From: Bacilli bacterium
GTDB taxonomy: Bacteria; Bacillota_I; Bacilli_A; RFN20; UBA1709
Assembly (NCBI GenBank): GCA_050949315.1
Contig: JBMNFL010000001.1
Coordinates: forward strand, 128,001-192,000
DNA: 64,000 nt
Direction: 5' to 3'
The notes beneath the pieces were generated by a model. It worked only from the letters and a program-made list of their open reading frames with translations. It had not been told where the DNA came from and searched no databases. A program made the position numbers and the translations under genes. Of the stretch, positions 17,409-27,536 are shown in pieces (positions within the stretch are counted from its first letter, which is position 1; the number at the start of each line of letters is the position of its first letter).

Positions 17409-17456
17409 TTGACAATGTCAATTTTTATTGTAAAATAATAGTTGTAAACGCTTTCG
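17409..17456 (+). promoter_or_regulatory. ato operon promoter with -35 palindrome and cre (CcpA) site
   Basis: TTGACA 17409-17414 lies within perfect palindrome TTGACA-A-TGTCAA; TAAAAT at 17431-17436; TGTAAACGCTTTCG at 17443-17456 fits the cre consensus TGWAARCGYTWNCW. Confidence 0.7.
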
Positions 17457-17496
17457 TTAGTTTATTCCAAAAGTGCTTGTAGAAGGAGGGTAAAAA

Positions 17497-18207
17497 ATGA
17501 AAAACAAGATTATTACTAAGGAAGAAGCTAGCAAACTATTCAAAGATGGTATGACAGTTATGATTGGTGGTTTCTTAGCCGCTGGTTCTTCAAAGGTTGT
17601 TGTTGAAGCCTGTAGAATGTCCGGTGCTAAGAATTTGACAGTCATCTGCAACGATGGCGGTCAGGGTGCTGGTGGGCCCAACGGACCCGAAGGCGCTGGC
17701 GTCTTAATTGCAAGTGGCCAAGTCAAAAAACTAATCGCAACCCATATCGGTTTGAATCCAACTGTTGGCCAAATGATGAATGAAGGTACAATGGAAGTTG
17801 AATTATCACCCCAAGGTACCATGGCCGAAAGAATCAGAGCCGGTGGTTCAGGTCTCGGCGGTGTTCTAACACCAACAGGACTAGGAACCTGGGTCGAAAA
17901 CGATGGTTTACTAACATCGCATGGCGTTGTTGGTCCAAAGAAACCAGTCGTTGAAGTCAATGGAGTCAAGTATCTACTTGAGAAACCACTACATGCCGAT
18001 GTCGCAATACTCCATGGTGGTAAAGTTGATGAAATTGGTAACGTTATTTATAACAAAACCAACCGTAACTTCAACCCCTTAATGGCTTTTGCCGCGGATG
18101 TCGTCATTGTCGGAGCTAAGGAGCTCTATAAACGTGGTGAACTCGATCCCGATGCTATCGTTACTCCAAGCGTCTTAGTTGATTATATCGTAAAGGAGGA
18201 AGAATAA
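17497..18207 (+). CDS. atoD: Acetate/butyrate:acetoacetate CoA-transferase subunit A
   Basis: DGMTVMIGGF, ATHIGLNP, PQGTMAERIRAGGSG, RNFNPLMA. Confidence 0.9.
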   Translation: MKNKIITKEEASKLFKDGMTVMIGGFLAAGSSKVVVEACRMSGAKNLTVICNDGGQGAGGPNGPEGAGVLIASGQVKKLIATHIGLNPTVGQMMNEGTMEVELSPQGTMAERIRAGGSGLGGVLTPTGLGTWVENDGLLTSHGVVGPKKPVVEVNGVKYLLEKPLHADVAILHGGKVDEIGNVIYNKTNRNFNPLMAFAADVVIVGAKELYKRGELDPDAIVTPSVLVDYIVKEEE

Positions 18208-18209
18208 TT

Positions 18210-18857
18210 ATGACACCGAGAGAATTAATCGCGCGCAGAGTTGCTAAAATGCTGAGCGATGGGGATTTTGTCAACTTAGGTATTGGTTTACCAACCGATG
18301 TTGCCAACTATATTCCAGAAGGTACTGAAGTTATTTTCCAATCCGAAAATGGTATGGTCGGTTTGGGTCCAAAAGATCCAGACAACATTGATCCTGAGCT
18401 CTGTAACGCTGGCGGTCAACCTGTCACCATGGTCACAGGTGGTTGCTTCTTTGATTCCGCTACATCCTTTGCTCTCATCAGAGGTGGACACGTTGACTAC
18501 ACAGTCTTAGGTGCCCTCGAAGTTGATGAGCATGGAAATCTATCTAACTGGGTTGTCCCCGGCAAGATGGTTCCAGGTATGGGCGGCGCTATGGATTTAG
18601 TTATTGGTGCCAAAACGGTTGTTATCGCTATGACACACACCCAAAAAGGCGCTCACAAAATCCTAGCAAAGTGTACACTACCTTATACGGCTCTTGCTCA
18701 AGTCGACGTTATTGTCACCGAGCTTGGCTTTATGAGAGTTACACCCAAGGGCATTGTCGTTGAAGAGTTAGCAGAAGGTGTCACGAGAGAACAAATTCAA
18801 GAGGCTACCGGCTGCAAATTACACTTTGCCGACAAGGTCAAAGTCATGAAAGTCTAA
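18210..18857 (+). CDS. atoA: CoA-transferase subunit B
   Basis: VNLGIGLPT, QSENG (catalytic Glu), GMGGAMDL. Confidence 0.9.
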   Translation: MTPRELIARRVAKMLSDGDFVNLGIGLPTDVANYIPEGTEVIFQSENGMVGLGPKDPDNIDPELCNAGGQPVTMVTGGCFFDSATSFALIRGGHVDYTVLGALEVDEHGNLSNWVVPGKMVPGMGGAMDLVIGAKTVVIAMTHTQKGAHKILAKCTLPYTALAQVDVIVTELGFMRVTPKGIVVEELAEGVTREQIQEATGCKLHFADKVKVMKV

Positions 18858-19041
18858 AAAATTAGATTTCTGATTGCTTGAGTCTAGGGAATGTTTCCCA
18901 TAATTAGGGCTGGAACTCGCTTTTATATCTCACTGGCGCGTTTGCTGGCTGGTAATTCTACCGCTCAAGCACATAACTAATCACATTCTTGATGATTAGA
19001 AATACTAAATTATTTAATTAATTTACAAGGGAGAAAAATTT

Positions 19042-20523
19042 ATGAGAAAATTTATCGATAAGTTTGTCGATGGTGCTGTAGGACTCGTCAATAAGTTTTT
19101 ACCAGACGCGTTTATTTTCGCATCCATCTTGACATTCGTCTGTATGCTTTTCGCAATCATAGTGATGTTTAGCTTTGAAACTCCTTCCAAAAACCTTAAG
19201 GGAGACGGCGAGGCTACCTTCTTAGGTAAGTTCACCGCTTTAATCTTCCACGGTTGGTATGGTGGTTTCTGGAGCTTACTAGGCTTCTCAATGCAGATGT
19301 CTCTAATTATCGTCACTGGTGACATTTTTGCGAACACACCACAAATGAAGAAAGTTATGACAGCCCTTGCCAGAATTCCAAAGAACCCTGGTCAAGCCGT
19401 TGCTTTTGAAGCTTTCTTCTCAATCTTTGTCGCCTTCTTCCAATGGGGTGCGGCCTTGATTATGTCAGCCATGCTTGCTAAAGACATTGCAAGGAACGTT
19501 CCTGGAACACACTTCGCTCTGTTGGTCGCTTGTGGATACCTCGGTTTGGGTATGTGGCACGGTGGCTTCTCTGGTTCAATTCCACTACAATTGCCAGATG
19601 CTGAATATATCACTCTAGATCCTGCCCACCCCCCAATGCAGATTCCATTTAAGTACACCTTATTCGCTGGATACAACCTATTCAACTACATTGGTGGTAT
19701 GATTATTCTTCCATTGATGTTCTTAGGTCTCCATCCGAAAGCCGATAAGACAGTTGTCTGTGATCCTGCAATTTTAGTTGAAGAAGAAGAAGTTGTCGAA
19801 AAAGAAGTACCAAAAGAGGAGCAATATATTAACTACAAGTTAAATAGAGCCTATTGGGTTAACTATGGTATGGTCGTTATCGGCTTCATTGCAATTATCT
19901 GCTACTTTGTCAGATTAATTGGAAGACCCTTTAGCCTTGATATCAGCTTTGTTAACGCACTCTTCCTCTTTATCGCTATGGCCTTACACGGTAGACCCAA
20001 TAAGGTCATCGAGGCAGTTGGAAAAGCTGTTCCAGGTGCCGCTGGTGTTATTCTCCAATTCCCCTTCTACGGTGGAATTGCTGGTTTGATGGTCTACGAA
20101 GGTGGCTATGCCACTAACGATTCTCTAGCCGAAGTTGTCTCCAACTTCTTCGTTGAGATTTCCACCCCCACCACCTATACGTTATTGACCTTCTTCTCAG
20201 CTGGTCTAATTAACTTCTTTATTCCATCTGGTGGTAGCCAATGGAAGGTCCAAGGTCCAATTGTCATGCCTGCTGCTAACAAGATGGCCTTAACCGAGTA
20301 CAAGGGTGGCGTCGCTTACGGTTCTGAAGACTACAAAGCCTACTTAGGAAAATCAGCCTTAGCGCTTGCTTGGGGTGACTCCTGGACGAACTTAATTCAA
20401 CCGTTCTGGGCCTTACCACTATTAGCCATTGCTCACTTAGAAGCTAAAGACATCATGGGTTACTGTGTACTTGCCTTGATTGTCTTGGGTGTCTGGGTTA
20501 GTATCGGTTTCTTAATTCTCTAA
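19042..20523 (+). CDS. atoE: Short-chain fatty acid transporter
   Basis: FLPDAFIFA, LLGFSMQM, WHGGFSGSIPL, PSGGSQW, WGDSWTNLIQPFWALPLL. Confidence 0.92.
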   Translation: MRKFIDKFVDGAVGLVNKFLPDAFIFASILTFVCMLFAIIVMFSFETPSKNLKGDGEATFLGKFTALIFHGWYGGFWSLLGFSMQMSLIIVTGDIFANTPQMKKVMTALARIPKNPGQAVAFEAFFSIFVAFFQWGAALIMSAMLAKDIARNVPGTHFALLVACGYLGLGMWHGGFSGSIPLQLPDAEYITLDPAHPPMQIPFKYTLFAGYNLFNYIGGMIILPLMFLGLHPKADKTVVCDPAILVEEEEVVEKEVPKEEQYINYKLNRAYWVNYGMVVIGFIAIICYFVRLIGRPFSLDISFVNALFLFIAMALHGRPNKVIEAVGKAVPGAAGVILQFPFYGGIAGLMVYEGGYATNDSLAEVVSNFFVEISTPTTYTLLTFFSAGLINFFIPSGGSQWKVQGPIVMPAANKMALTEYKGGVAYGSEDYKAYLGKSALALAWGDSWTNLIQPFWALPLLAIAHLEAKDIMGYCVLALIVLGVWVSIGFLIL

Positions 20524-20557
20524 TTTTTAGAAGAATCAAAAAAACTATTATTAAATT

Positions 20558-20595
20558 TAGGTTTGCCCAGTTAATTGCAAACTGGGCAAGCCTTT
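20558..20595 (+). terminator. Strong intergenic hairpin between atoE and atoB (attenuator or mRNA-stability element)
   Basis: AGGTTTGCCCAGTT-loop-AACTGGGCAAGCCT with only a short T tail. Confidence 0.5.
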
Positions 20596-20624
20596 AACAA
20601 AACTAAAGGAGATGCAATAGATTT

Positions 20625-21839
20625 ATGAGTAAAGTTTATGTCGTATCTGCTAAAAGAACTCCAACTGGCGTTCAATTAGGAACACTGAAAGATATTTCAG
20701 CACCAAAATTAGGCGCCATTGCTTCTAAAGCAGCGATGGAACAAGCAAACGTCGATCCAAAGAACATTGAAGAGGTTTTCACTGGTCAAATCTTTGTCGC
20801 TGGATCTGGTGGGGGCCCGGGCCGTCAAACAGCCATCTATGCGGGTGTCCCAAGTGAAGTTACAGCTTCTAACACAAATATGCTTTGCGCCTCAGCTATG
20901 AAGGCCTTAATCCATGGATACGTTTACCTCAAAGCAGGTTATCGTCATCTAGTTCTTGTTGCTGGACAAGAATCTATGACCCAAGCTCCATATCTAATTC
21001 CTTATAAAGCACGTGCTGGAATTAAAATGGGCGAATTCAAGGTTCAAGACCATATGCTATATGATGGTTTAGTTGATATCTTCTACAACTATCATATGGG
21101 CGTTACTGCAGAAAATGTTGCCAAGATGTATAACATCACTCGTGAGCAACAGGATGAATTCGCTTGGAATTCAATCTGTAAAGCTCTCAAAGCTATCGAT
21201 TCTGGTGTCTTTGACCCCGAAATTGTTCCAGTTACTATCAGTACCAGAAAGGGCGACGTTGTTTTCGCCCGTGATGAAACAGTCAATAGAACGACTAGCT
21301 TAGAAAAGATGTCGAAACTAAGACCCTGTTTCTTAAAAGATGGTACGGTTACCGCTGCGAGTTCTTCCAGTATTAACGATGGCGCTTCCGCTGTTGTTCT
21401 TGCTGATGAAGAAGCAGTCAAGAAATACAAACTCAAACCAATGGTCGAAATTATCGGCTTTGGTCAAGGTGGCGTTGATCCTTCCATTATGGGTTTAGGA
21501 CCAACACCGGCCGTTAGAGAAGTCATGAAACAAACTGGCTTAACTCTCAAAGACATGGATTTAATTGAACTAAACGAAGCGTTTGCGGCTCAATCATTAG
21601 GTGTCATTAAAGAGTTATGCGAAGAGTGGAAGGTCTCTAAAGAATGGATTATGGAGAGAACTAACGTCAATGGTGGCGCAATTGCTCTCGGACATGCTGT
21701 CGGTCAATCCGGCGTTAGAATTTTGATCACCTTAATTTACGAAATGCTTCGTAGAGGTGTCAAATACGGTTTAGCCACACTTTGTGTTGGCGGCGGTATG
21801 GGTGCCGCAGTCATCGTCAAGAATCCAAAATTTGACTAA
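20625..21839 (+). CDS. atoB: Acetyl-CoA C-acetyltransferase (thiolase)
   Basis: [35 protein letters not shown]. Confidence 0.95.
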   Translation: MSKVYVVSAKRTPTGVQLGTLKDISAPKLGAIASKAAMEQANVDPKNIEEVFTGQIFVAGSGGGPGRQTAIYAGVPSEVTASNTNMLCASAMKALIHGYVYLKAGYRHLVLVAGQESMTQAPYLIPYKARAGIKMGEFKVQDHMLYDGLVDIFYNYHMGVTAENVAKMYNITREQQDEFAWNSICKALKAIDSGVFDPEIVPVTISTRKGDVVFARDETVNRTTSLEKMSKLRPCFLKDGTVTAASSSSINDGASAVVLADEEAVKKYKLKPMVEIIGFGQGGVDPSIMGLGPTPAVREVMKQTGLTLKDMDLIELNEAFAAQSLGVIKELCEEWKVSKEWIMERTNVNGGAIALGHAVGQSGVRILITLIYEMLRRGVKYGLATLCVGGGMGAAVIVKNPKFD

Positions 21840-21893
21840 TTACTAAATTATCGACTACGTTTACATTTGAATTACGATCACTATAAGCACTTT

Positions 21894-21925
21894 TCCTCCT
21901 GGTTTACCCCAGGAGGTTTTTTATT
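21894..21925 (+). terminator. Intrinsic terminator of the ato operon
   Basis: CCTCCTGG-loop-CCAGGAGG followed by TTTTTT. Confidence 0.85.
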
Positions 21926-22068
21926 TTACTTTTAACTGGATTTATTAAAATTCTTGTAAAAAAACTGGAGAAAAGAGAAAAAACGTTCTACTTACTTGCC
22001 TTTTTTACAAAAAAATCTCACAACATTTTAAAGAGATAAATTTATCCCCTGGCTTTTTGCTAGCTTTA

Positions 22069-22097
22069 TTGACAAAGGGGCGTTTTTATCTTAAAAT
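22069..22097 (+). promoter_or_regulatory. Sigma-A promoter of ccpA-tyrS
   Basis: TTGACA-17bp-TAAAAT. Confidence 0.7.
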
Positions 22098-22137
22098 CAG
22101 TTTAAGTTATTGCCATAACTTATTTAGGGGTGAAAGC

Positions 22138-23148
22138 ATGCAAAAGGGCAAAGATCCTAGTCGGGTGACAATCTATGATGTGGCCAAAGAAGCCAATGTC
22201 TCTTTAGCGACGGTATCGCGAGTTATCAATGGTGTCGGTAATGTCAGTAAAGAAACAAAAGAATTAGTAGAACAAACCATCGAGAAACTCGGCTATGTTC
22301 CCAGCGATTTAGCTCGCGGCTTAGCGAAACAAAAAACAACTAATGTCGCGATTGTTTTGCCTTCGCCAAATTATTCTTACATCAGCAGTATCATGGCTGG
22401 TATGATTGATGTTTGCAAAATCTATGGCTATAACTCAACTCTTTTTACCTACGAGGATCCTGAAGATGCCGCTAGAGTCGTAGATACGGTTATTTCATCT
22501 AGAGTTGAGGGCATCTGCTGCTTTAATTCAGAATTGAGTGAAGAAGATCTAAAAAAGATGATGATGATTCAACTACCGATGGTTTTAATTGGTACGGATA
22601 ATTTTGGCGATAACGCCTTAGTTGATATCAACTATTCTTCTTGTTTGGCTGAGATTATTGAGCGCGCAACCAAACGCGGAGTTAAAGAGTTTATTTACCT
22701 TAAAAACCCTAGAAAAGATTGGCACATGGTCAATGAATTTGAAAAGGCCATTACTAAAGTGCTTAAGGATAAACCTCATTGTCAACTTAAGTTTTTACCA
22801 ATCAGTGATTCTTATGTATCAATATATGATTATTTTTATCAACAGTTTAAAAAAGTGCCCCCGCATAATGAGATGTATATCACAACACGAGACTCCTTAG
22901 CTACCGCGATTGTCAACGCCGCCTGTGATTTGGGTTATCGGCCAGTTAAGGATTTTGAAGCTTTTGGCGTTATTGGAACCAAGCAAGCTAGAATGTCGCG
23001 TCCGACTATTTCCGCCATCGATGTTGATCTTTATGAAGTTGGTTCCATCGCGATGCGGATGCTAACTAAGATGCTTCAGGGGACTTTGAATAACAAATTT
23101 TTCACTTTCACGCCCGAATATCATGCGCGTGAATCAACTAAAGATTAG
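22138..23148 (+). CDS. ccpA: LacI family regulator, catabolite control protein A-like
   Basis: VTIYDVAKEANVSLATVSRVING, LARGLAKQKTT, YEVGSIAMRMLTKM (CcpA-typical); adjacent to tyrS. Confidence 0.75.
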   Translation: MQKGKDPSRVTIYDVAKEANVSLATVSRVINGVGNVSKETKELVEQTIEKLGYVPSDLARGLAKQKTTNVAIVLPSPNYSYISSIMAGMIDVCKIYGYNSTLFTYEDPEDAARVVDTVISSRVEGICCFNSELSEEDLKKMMMIQLPMVLIGTDNFGDNALVDINYSSCLAEIIERATKRGVKEFIYLKNPRKDWHMVNEFEKAITKVLKDKPHCQLKFLPISDSYVSIYDYFYQQFKKVPPHNEMYITTRDSLATAIVNAACDLGYRPVKDFEAFGVIGTKQARMSRPTISAIDVDLYEVGSIAMRMLTKMLQGTLNNKFFTFTPEYHARESTKD

Positions 23149-23158
23149 GAGCAAAAAA

Positions 23159-24406
23159 ATGGACTTATTAGAAGATATAAAATGGCGAGGTCTTTATAAG
23201 GATGTTACAGATTTCGACCAATTAGAAAAGTTAATGCATAAGAAAGCCACCATTTATTGTGGTTTTGATCCCACGGCGGCTTCTTTACATATTGGTCATT
23301 TGGTTCCAGTTTTGATGCTGAAGCGTTTTCATGATGCTGGTCATCGGGTGATTGTTCTGGTTGGTGGGGGCACAGGTTTGATTGGTGATCCCTCAGGTCG
23401 GAGTAGTGAAAGAAATCTTTTGGATTTAGAGACTTCTTTAACTAATGCCGCCGGTATTAAAAAACAATTAGGACGCTTTTTGAATTTTGATGATGCTAAG
23501 CGGGCAATTATGGTTAACAATTATGATTGGATTAGCAAGATTAATGTCATTGAGTTTTTACGCGATTATGGCAAGTGCTTTCCAGTTAATTATATGCTAG
23601 CAAAAGATACTATCGCTCGGCGTTTGGAAAGCGGCATTTCGTATACGGAGTTTTCCTATACGATTTTACAAGCCTTAGATTTTTATACTCTCTATAAAAA
23701 AGAAAACTGCCAAATTCAAATGGGTGGCAGCGATCAATGGGGTAATCTTACTTCAGGCACGGAACTTATTCGGCGTTTAGAAGGAAATGTGGATATTGTG
23801 GCTTTCACCCTGCCACTTATTCTTAAGGCCGATGGGACTAAATTTGGTAAATCGGCTGAGGGAACTTTATGGTTAGATGCTGATTTAACTTCCCCTTATG
23901 CCTTATATCAATATTTTTTAAATACCATGGATGAAGATATTATTCATTATCTCAAAGTCTTTACCTTTTTAAGTCAAAAAGAAATTATGAGTTATGAGCG
24001 TTTAGTTTTAGAAGAGCCACACTTAAGGGCGGCTCAAAAGCGTTTGGCTTATGAATTAGTGGCCATTATTCACGGTAAGGAAGCGGCCAATGAGGCGGTA
24101 AGGATGAGTGAGGTGCTTTTTGGTGGCACGATTAGAGAGCTCAGTTATCAACAACTAAAGATTTGTCTTAACGGTGTTCCTAGTCTTAAAATTGATGAAA
24201 GTAAAAGTTTAATTGATGTTCTGGTAGCTTTGCGGGCGGCCTCTTCAAAAAGGGAAGCTCGAGAATTGTTAGCGAAGGGAAGTTATAGTTTAAATGGTGA
24301 GAAAGTGAGTGACCCCGATTTACTTTTAGAACCATCTTTAGCCATTGAATCTAAACTTCTCGTTATTAGAAGAGGGAAAAAGAATTACTACCTTGTAGAA
24401 TTCTAA
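23159..24406 (+). CDS. tyrS: Tyrosine--tRNA ligase
   Basis: YCGFDPTAASLHIGH, QMGGSDQWGN, KFGKS, S4-like C-terminus. Confidence 0.97.
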   Translation: MDLLEDIKWRGLYKDVTDFDQLEKLMHKKATIYCGFDPTAASLHIGHLVPVLMLKRFHDAGHRVIVLVGGGTGLIGDPSGRSSERNLLDLETSLTNAAGIKKQLGRFLNFDDAKRAIMVNNYDWISKINVIEFLRDYGKCFPVNYMLAKDTIARRLESGISYTEFSYTILQALDFYTLYKKENCQIQMGGSDQWGNLTSGTELIRRLEGNVDIVAFTLPLILKADGTKFGKSAEGTLWLDADLTSPYALYQYFLNTMDEDIIHYLKVFTFLSQKEIMSYERLVLEEPHLRAAQKRLAYELVAIIHGKEAANEAVRMSEVLFGGTIRELSYQQLKICLNGVPSLKIDESKSLIDVLVALRAASSKREARELLAKGSYSLNGEKVSDPDLLLEPSLAIESKLLVIRRGKKNYYLVEF

Positions 24407-24417
24407 GGAGGACTGTT

Positions 24418-24942
24418 ATGTCAAACAAAACCCGCTTAATTGCTCTTACTGCTATGTTTATTGCCCTTGTGTTTGTGGTCACCGCTTTTGTTAAGGTTCC
24501 TGTAAGTTTTACTAACGGTTATAAAAACTTAGGCGATGCGGTAATCTTTCTGAGTTCGCTGTTTTTTGGACCCTTCCTTGGCTTTTTTATTGGAGGAATG
24601 GGGAGTATGCTAGCGGATGTCTTTCTTGGTTATACGCATTATGCGATTCCTACTTTTATTGTTAAAGGAATTGAAGGTTTTATTGCGGCTCTGATCTATC
24701 GCACTTATTTTAAAAGGAAAGGCGATCATTTCGGTGCTTTCTTTTTAGCTTCTTTGGCGGCAGGTTTATGGATGTGCTTAGGTTATTTTTTAACCAACAC
24801 GCTTATTTTTGGTCGTTATGAAGCGGCTTTGATGGGAATACCTGGCAATTTAGCTCAGGCTGGCATTTCTTTAGTGGCTGCTTGCTTGATATATTTTGCT
24901 TTAAAGCCTATTTTAAACTATCTACGGCAAAAAATCAGTTAA
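24418..24942 (+). CDS. ECF transporter S component
   Basis: GYKNLGDAVIF, GSMLADVFLGY; about 6 TM segments. Confidence 0.85.
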   Translation: MSNKTRLIALTAMFIALVFVVTAFVKVPVSFTNGYKNLGDAVIFLSSLFFGPFLGFFIGGMGSMLADVFLGYTHYAIPTFIVKGIEGFIAALIYRTYFKRKGDHFGAFFLASLAAGLWMCLGYFLTNTLIFGRYEAALMGIPGNLAQAGISLVAACLIYFALKPILNYLRQKIS

Positions 24943-27109
24943 CCTTAAACAAGGATAGATTAACCCTTTTACGCTCTAAATCCACGCTTAAAACATAGGC
25001 TTCGACAATTTGCCCAAGCGCTAAGACATCTAGTGGATGAGCGTTACGATTATTAGGAAGTAATTTAGAACGATGTACAAGTGCATCGTTTTTTAAACCA
25101 ATATCTATAAAGGCTCCAAAATCAACGATGCTGCGTACTGTTCCTTCTAGTAGCATGCCTTCTTTTAAATCTTCAATTTGTAAAATGTCGCTTTTGAGTA
25201 AAGGCATAGGATAATCATCACGAATATCGCGTAAGGGACGACTTAATTCTTCAATAATGTCTTTAAGGGTATATTCATCAATGTCATTTTTTTGACAAAC
25301 TTCTTTTAGGTTAACAAGTTCAAGTTTTTCTTTTAATTCTTCTGTCCCAATAGCATCTAAACTCAGATTGAGTTTTTCTAAGAACTGCTCAACAAATTGA
25401 TAGTTATCAGGATGAATAAAAGTCTTATCTAAAGGGTTAGAACTTTCTAGAATTTTAAGAAAACCAACGGATTGTTCATAGGATTTTGGACCAATACCCT
25501 TGACTTTTTTAAGTTCATCACGTGAAGTGATTTGTCCGTTTTCTTGACGGTATTGAATGATGTTACTAGCACTGCTTTTATTAAGACCAGAGACATAACT
25601 TAGTAAACTTGGGGAGGCGCTATTGAGATTGACCCCGACATTATTGACAACTTTAGTAATAGCAAAATCTAAACTTTCGGCAAGTTTAGTTTGGTTAACA
25701 TCATGTTGATATTGACCAACGCCAATTGATTTAGGATCAATTTTTATAAGTTCGGACAGTGGATCAATCACTCGGCGTGCAATGGAAATAGCACTGCGTT
25801 CTTCGACTACTAAATCAGGGAATTCTTGCTTGGCAAGGTCACTAGCTGAATAAACACTAGCACCGGCCTCATTAACAATAATATATTTAGCATCTAACTT
25901 ATATTTTTTAATAGTTTTAGCAATAAATTCTTCACTCTCACGACTGGCGGTTCCATTACCGATAGCAATTAGTTCAATTTGGTATTCAGCAATTAAATCA
26001 GCAACCTTTTTTTCGGCTTGTTGATAGCGGGAAAGGGGGACGTTTTCACCAGGGAATTTTTGATGAGGGTAGATGACTTCTTTTTTAATAAAATCACCAT
26101 TAGGGTTAATAACAGCTAATTTACAACCCGTACGGAAAGCGGGGTCAAGACCCAGCATCCACTTACCTTTTAAAGGTGGTGTTAGCAATAATTGTTCAAG
26201 GTTAGTTTTGAAAATTTCAATGGCACCCTCGTGAGCTACTTCTGTTAAATCATTACGCGTTTCTCGCTCAATTGAGGGGAACAGTAGTCGCGAATAACCA
26301 TCTTTAATGGCTTCAATTACATATTTATTGGAACTGCAACCATCACGGGTGATGGTTTTTCTTTGATAAAAATTAAGGGCATCTTCATCATCGGTTAGGA
26401 TATCAACTTTTAAAATCTTTTCCTTTTCGCCGCGATTAATAGCGAGGACCTGATGGTTTAATAAATAGCGCAGGGGTTTTTGAAAATCATAGTAATCCAC
26501 ATAGACTTTGCGTTCGTCAACAGCATTCTTTCTAACTGTCGTTTTGATTTTTCCAAAACGTCTGAGATTTTTACGCAGATAGTTACGATAGTCATGGTTA
26601 TCGGAAATGATTTCTGCAATGATATCTTGGGCGCCTTTAATAGCTTCTTCAAGGCTTGGAACCTCATCATTGAGATATTTAGCGGCTTCTTTTTCGATAT
26701 CACCATCAAGATGACAAGCGAGCATCCAAGTGGCTAGACCTTCTAAACCCTTGGCCATGGCTTCGCTAGCTCGCGTTTTTTTCTTTTCTCGGTAGGGAAG
26801 ATAAAGGTCTTCAATTTCTTTAAGACTAGTAGCCTTTCTTAAACTCTCTTCTAATTCGGGCGTCATTTTTCCTTTTTCATTAATCAAGCGCAGAACTTCT
26901 TCACGTCTTGTATATATTTTATTTTCACTTTCGTAAGTTAAAACAATTTTTCTTAATTGTTCTTCATCTAGCCCCGCCGTCTTTTCTTTTCGATAACGGG
27001 CAATAAAGGGGATAGTTGCTCCTTCTTCTAGCAAATTTAAAACCGTAATTATATATTTTTCAGGGATATTAAGTTGTTGACTAACTTTTGGGGTGATATT
27101 AACATTCAT
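24935..27109 (-). CDS. tex: Tex family RNA-binding transcription accessory protein
   Basis: TIPFIARYRKE, GLDPAFRTGCK, IGNGTASRES, IGVGQYQHD, C-terminal S1 domain. Confidence 0.95.
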   Translation of the reverse strand: MNVNITPKVSQQLNIPEKYIITVLNLLEEGATIPFIARYRKEKTAGLDEEQLRKIVLTYESENKIYTRREEVLRLINEKGKMTPELEESLRKATSLKEIEDLYLPYREKKKTRASEAMAKGLEGLATWMLACHLDGDIEKEAAKYLNDEVPSLEEAIKGAQDIIAEIISDNHDYRNYLRKNLRRFGKIKTTVRKNAVDERKVYVDYYDFQKPLRYLLNHQVLAINRGEKEKILKVDILTDDEDALNFYQRKTITRDGCSSNKYVIEAIKDGYSRLLFPSIERETRNDLTEVAHEGAIEIFKTNLEQLLLTPPLKGKWMLGLDPAFRTGCKLAVINPNGDFIKKEVIYPHQKFPGENVPLSRYQQAEKKVADLIAEYQIELIAIGNGTASRESEEFIAKTIKKYKLDAKYIIVNEAGASVYSASDLAKQEFPDLVVEERSAISIARRVIDPLSELIKIDPKSIGVGQYQHDVNQTKLAESLDFAITKVVNNVGVNLNSASPSLLSYVSGLNKSSASNIIQYRQENGQITSRDELKKVKGIGPKSYEQSVGFLKILESSNPLDKTFIHPDNYQFVEQFLEKLNLSLDAIGTEELKEKLELVNLKEVCQKNDIDEYTLKDIIEELSRPLRDIRDDYPMPLLKSDILQIEDLKEGMLLEGTVRSIVDFGAFIDIGLKNDALVHRSKLLPNNRNAHPLDVLALGQIVEAYVLSVDLERKRVNLSLFKVN

Positions 27110-27204
27110 AAATTATTTGAACTCCTTTGACTATTTGATTATAGCATAATTATGATGTTTTTTCCTTAAATGAAGGAAAAAGCCTACAAAAAGATGAATA
27201 TTAC

Positions 27205-27233
27205 TTGCAAAAGTAAGAAAATCTTCCTATAAT
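27205..27233 (+). promoter_or_regulatory. Sigma-A promoter of rpsU
   Basis: TTGCAA-17bp-TATAAT. Confidence 0.7.
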
Positions 27234-27277
27234 AATAGGCGTAGTATTTTAGCTTCAGAAGGAGGGTAGTCAAATTC

Positions 27278-27451
27278 ATGCCAAAAACAGTTGTTAGAGA
27301 AAATGAAAGTTTGGACGATGCTTTACGTCGTTTCAAAAGACAGGTTTCTAAAGCTGGTACTCTTGCTGAGGCGCGGAAAAGAGAGTTCTATCTCAAACCA
27401 GGCGTTAAACGCAAATTAAAGTCTGAGATGGCTCGCCGTAAATCGTATTAG
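27278..27451 (+). CDS. rpsU: 30S ribosomal protein S21
   Basis: Manual translation [57 protein letters not shown] (57 aa, below the ORF track cutoff). Confidence 0.97.
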   Translation: MPKTVVRENESLDDALRRFKRQVSKAGTLAEARKREFYLKPGVKRKLKSEMARRKSY

Positions 27452-27536
27452 CCATTATGGAAAATCTCATGTTGTGAGGTTTTCCTTTTATTTATTATTC
27501 AAAAAGTACTATCATATAAATGTAGGGGGTTTGTTA

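Noticed and set aside
17661-21436. Antisense and alternate-frame ORFs over the ato genes, and similar short ORFs across the window
   Set aside because: Shadows of well-supported genes, with no RBS or recognisable motifs.
24935-24942. 8-bp convergent overlap of the ECF S-component gene and tex
   Set aside because: Common in compact genomes; no further signal.
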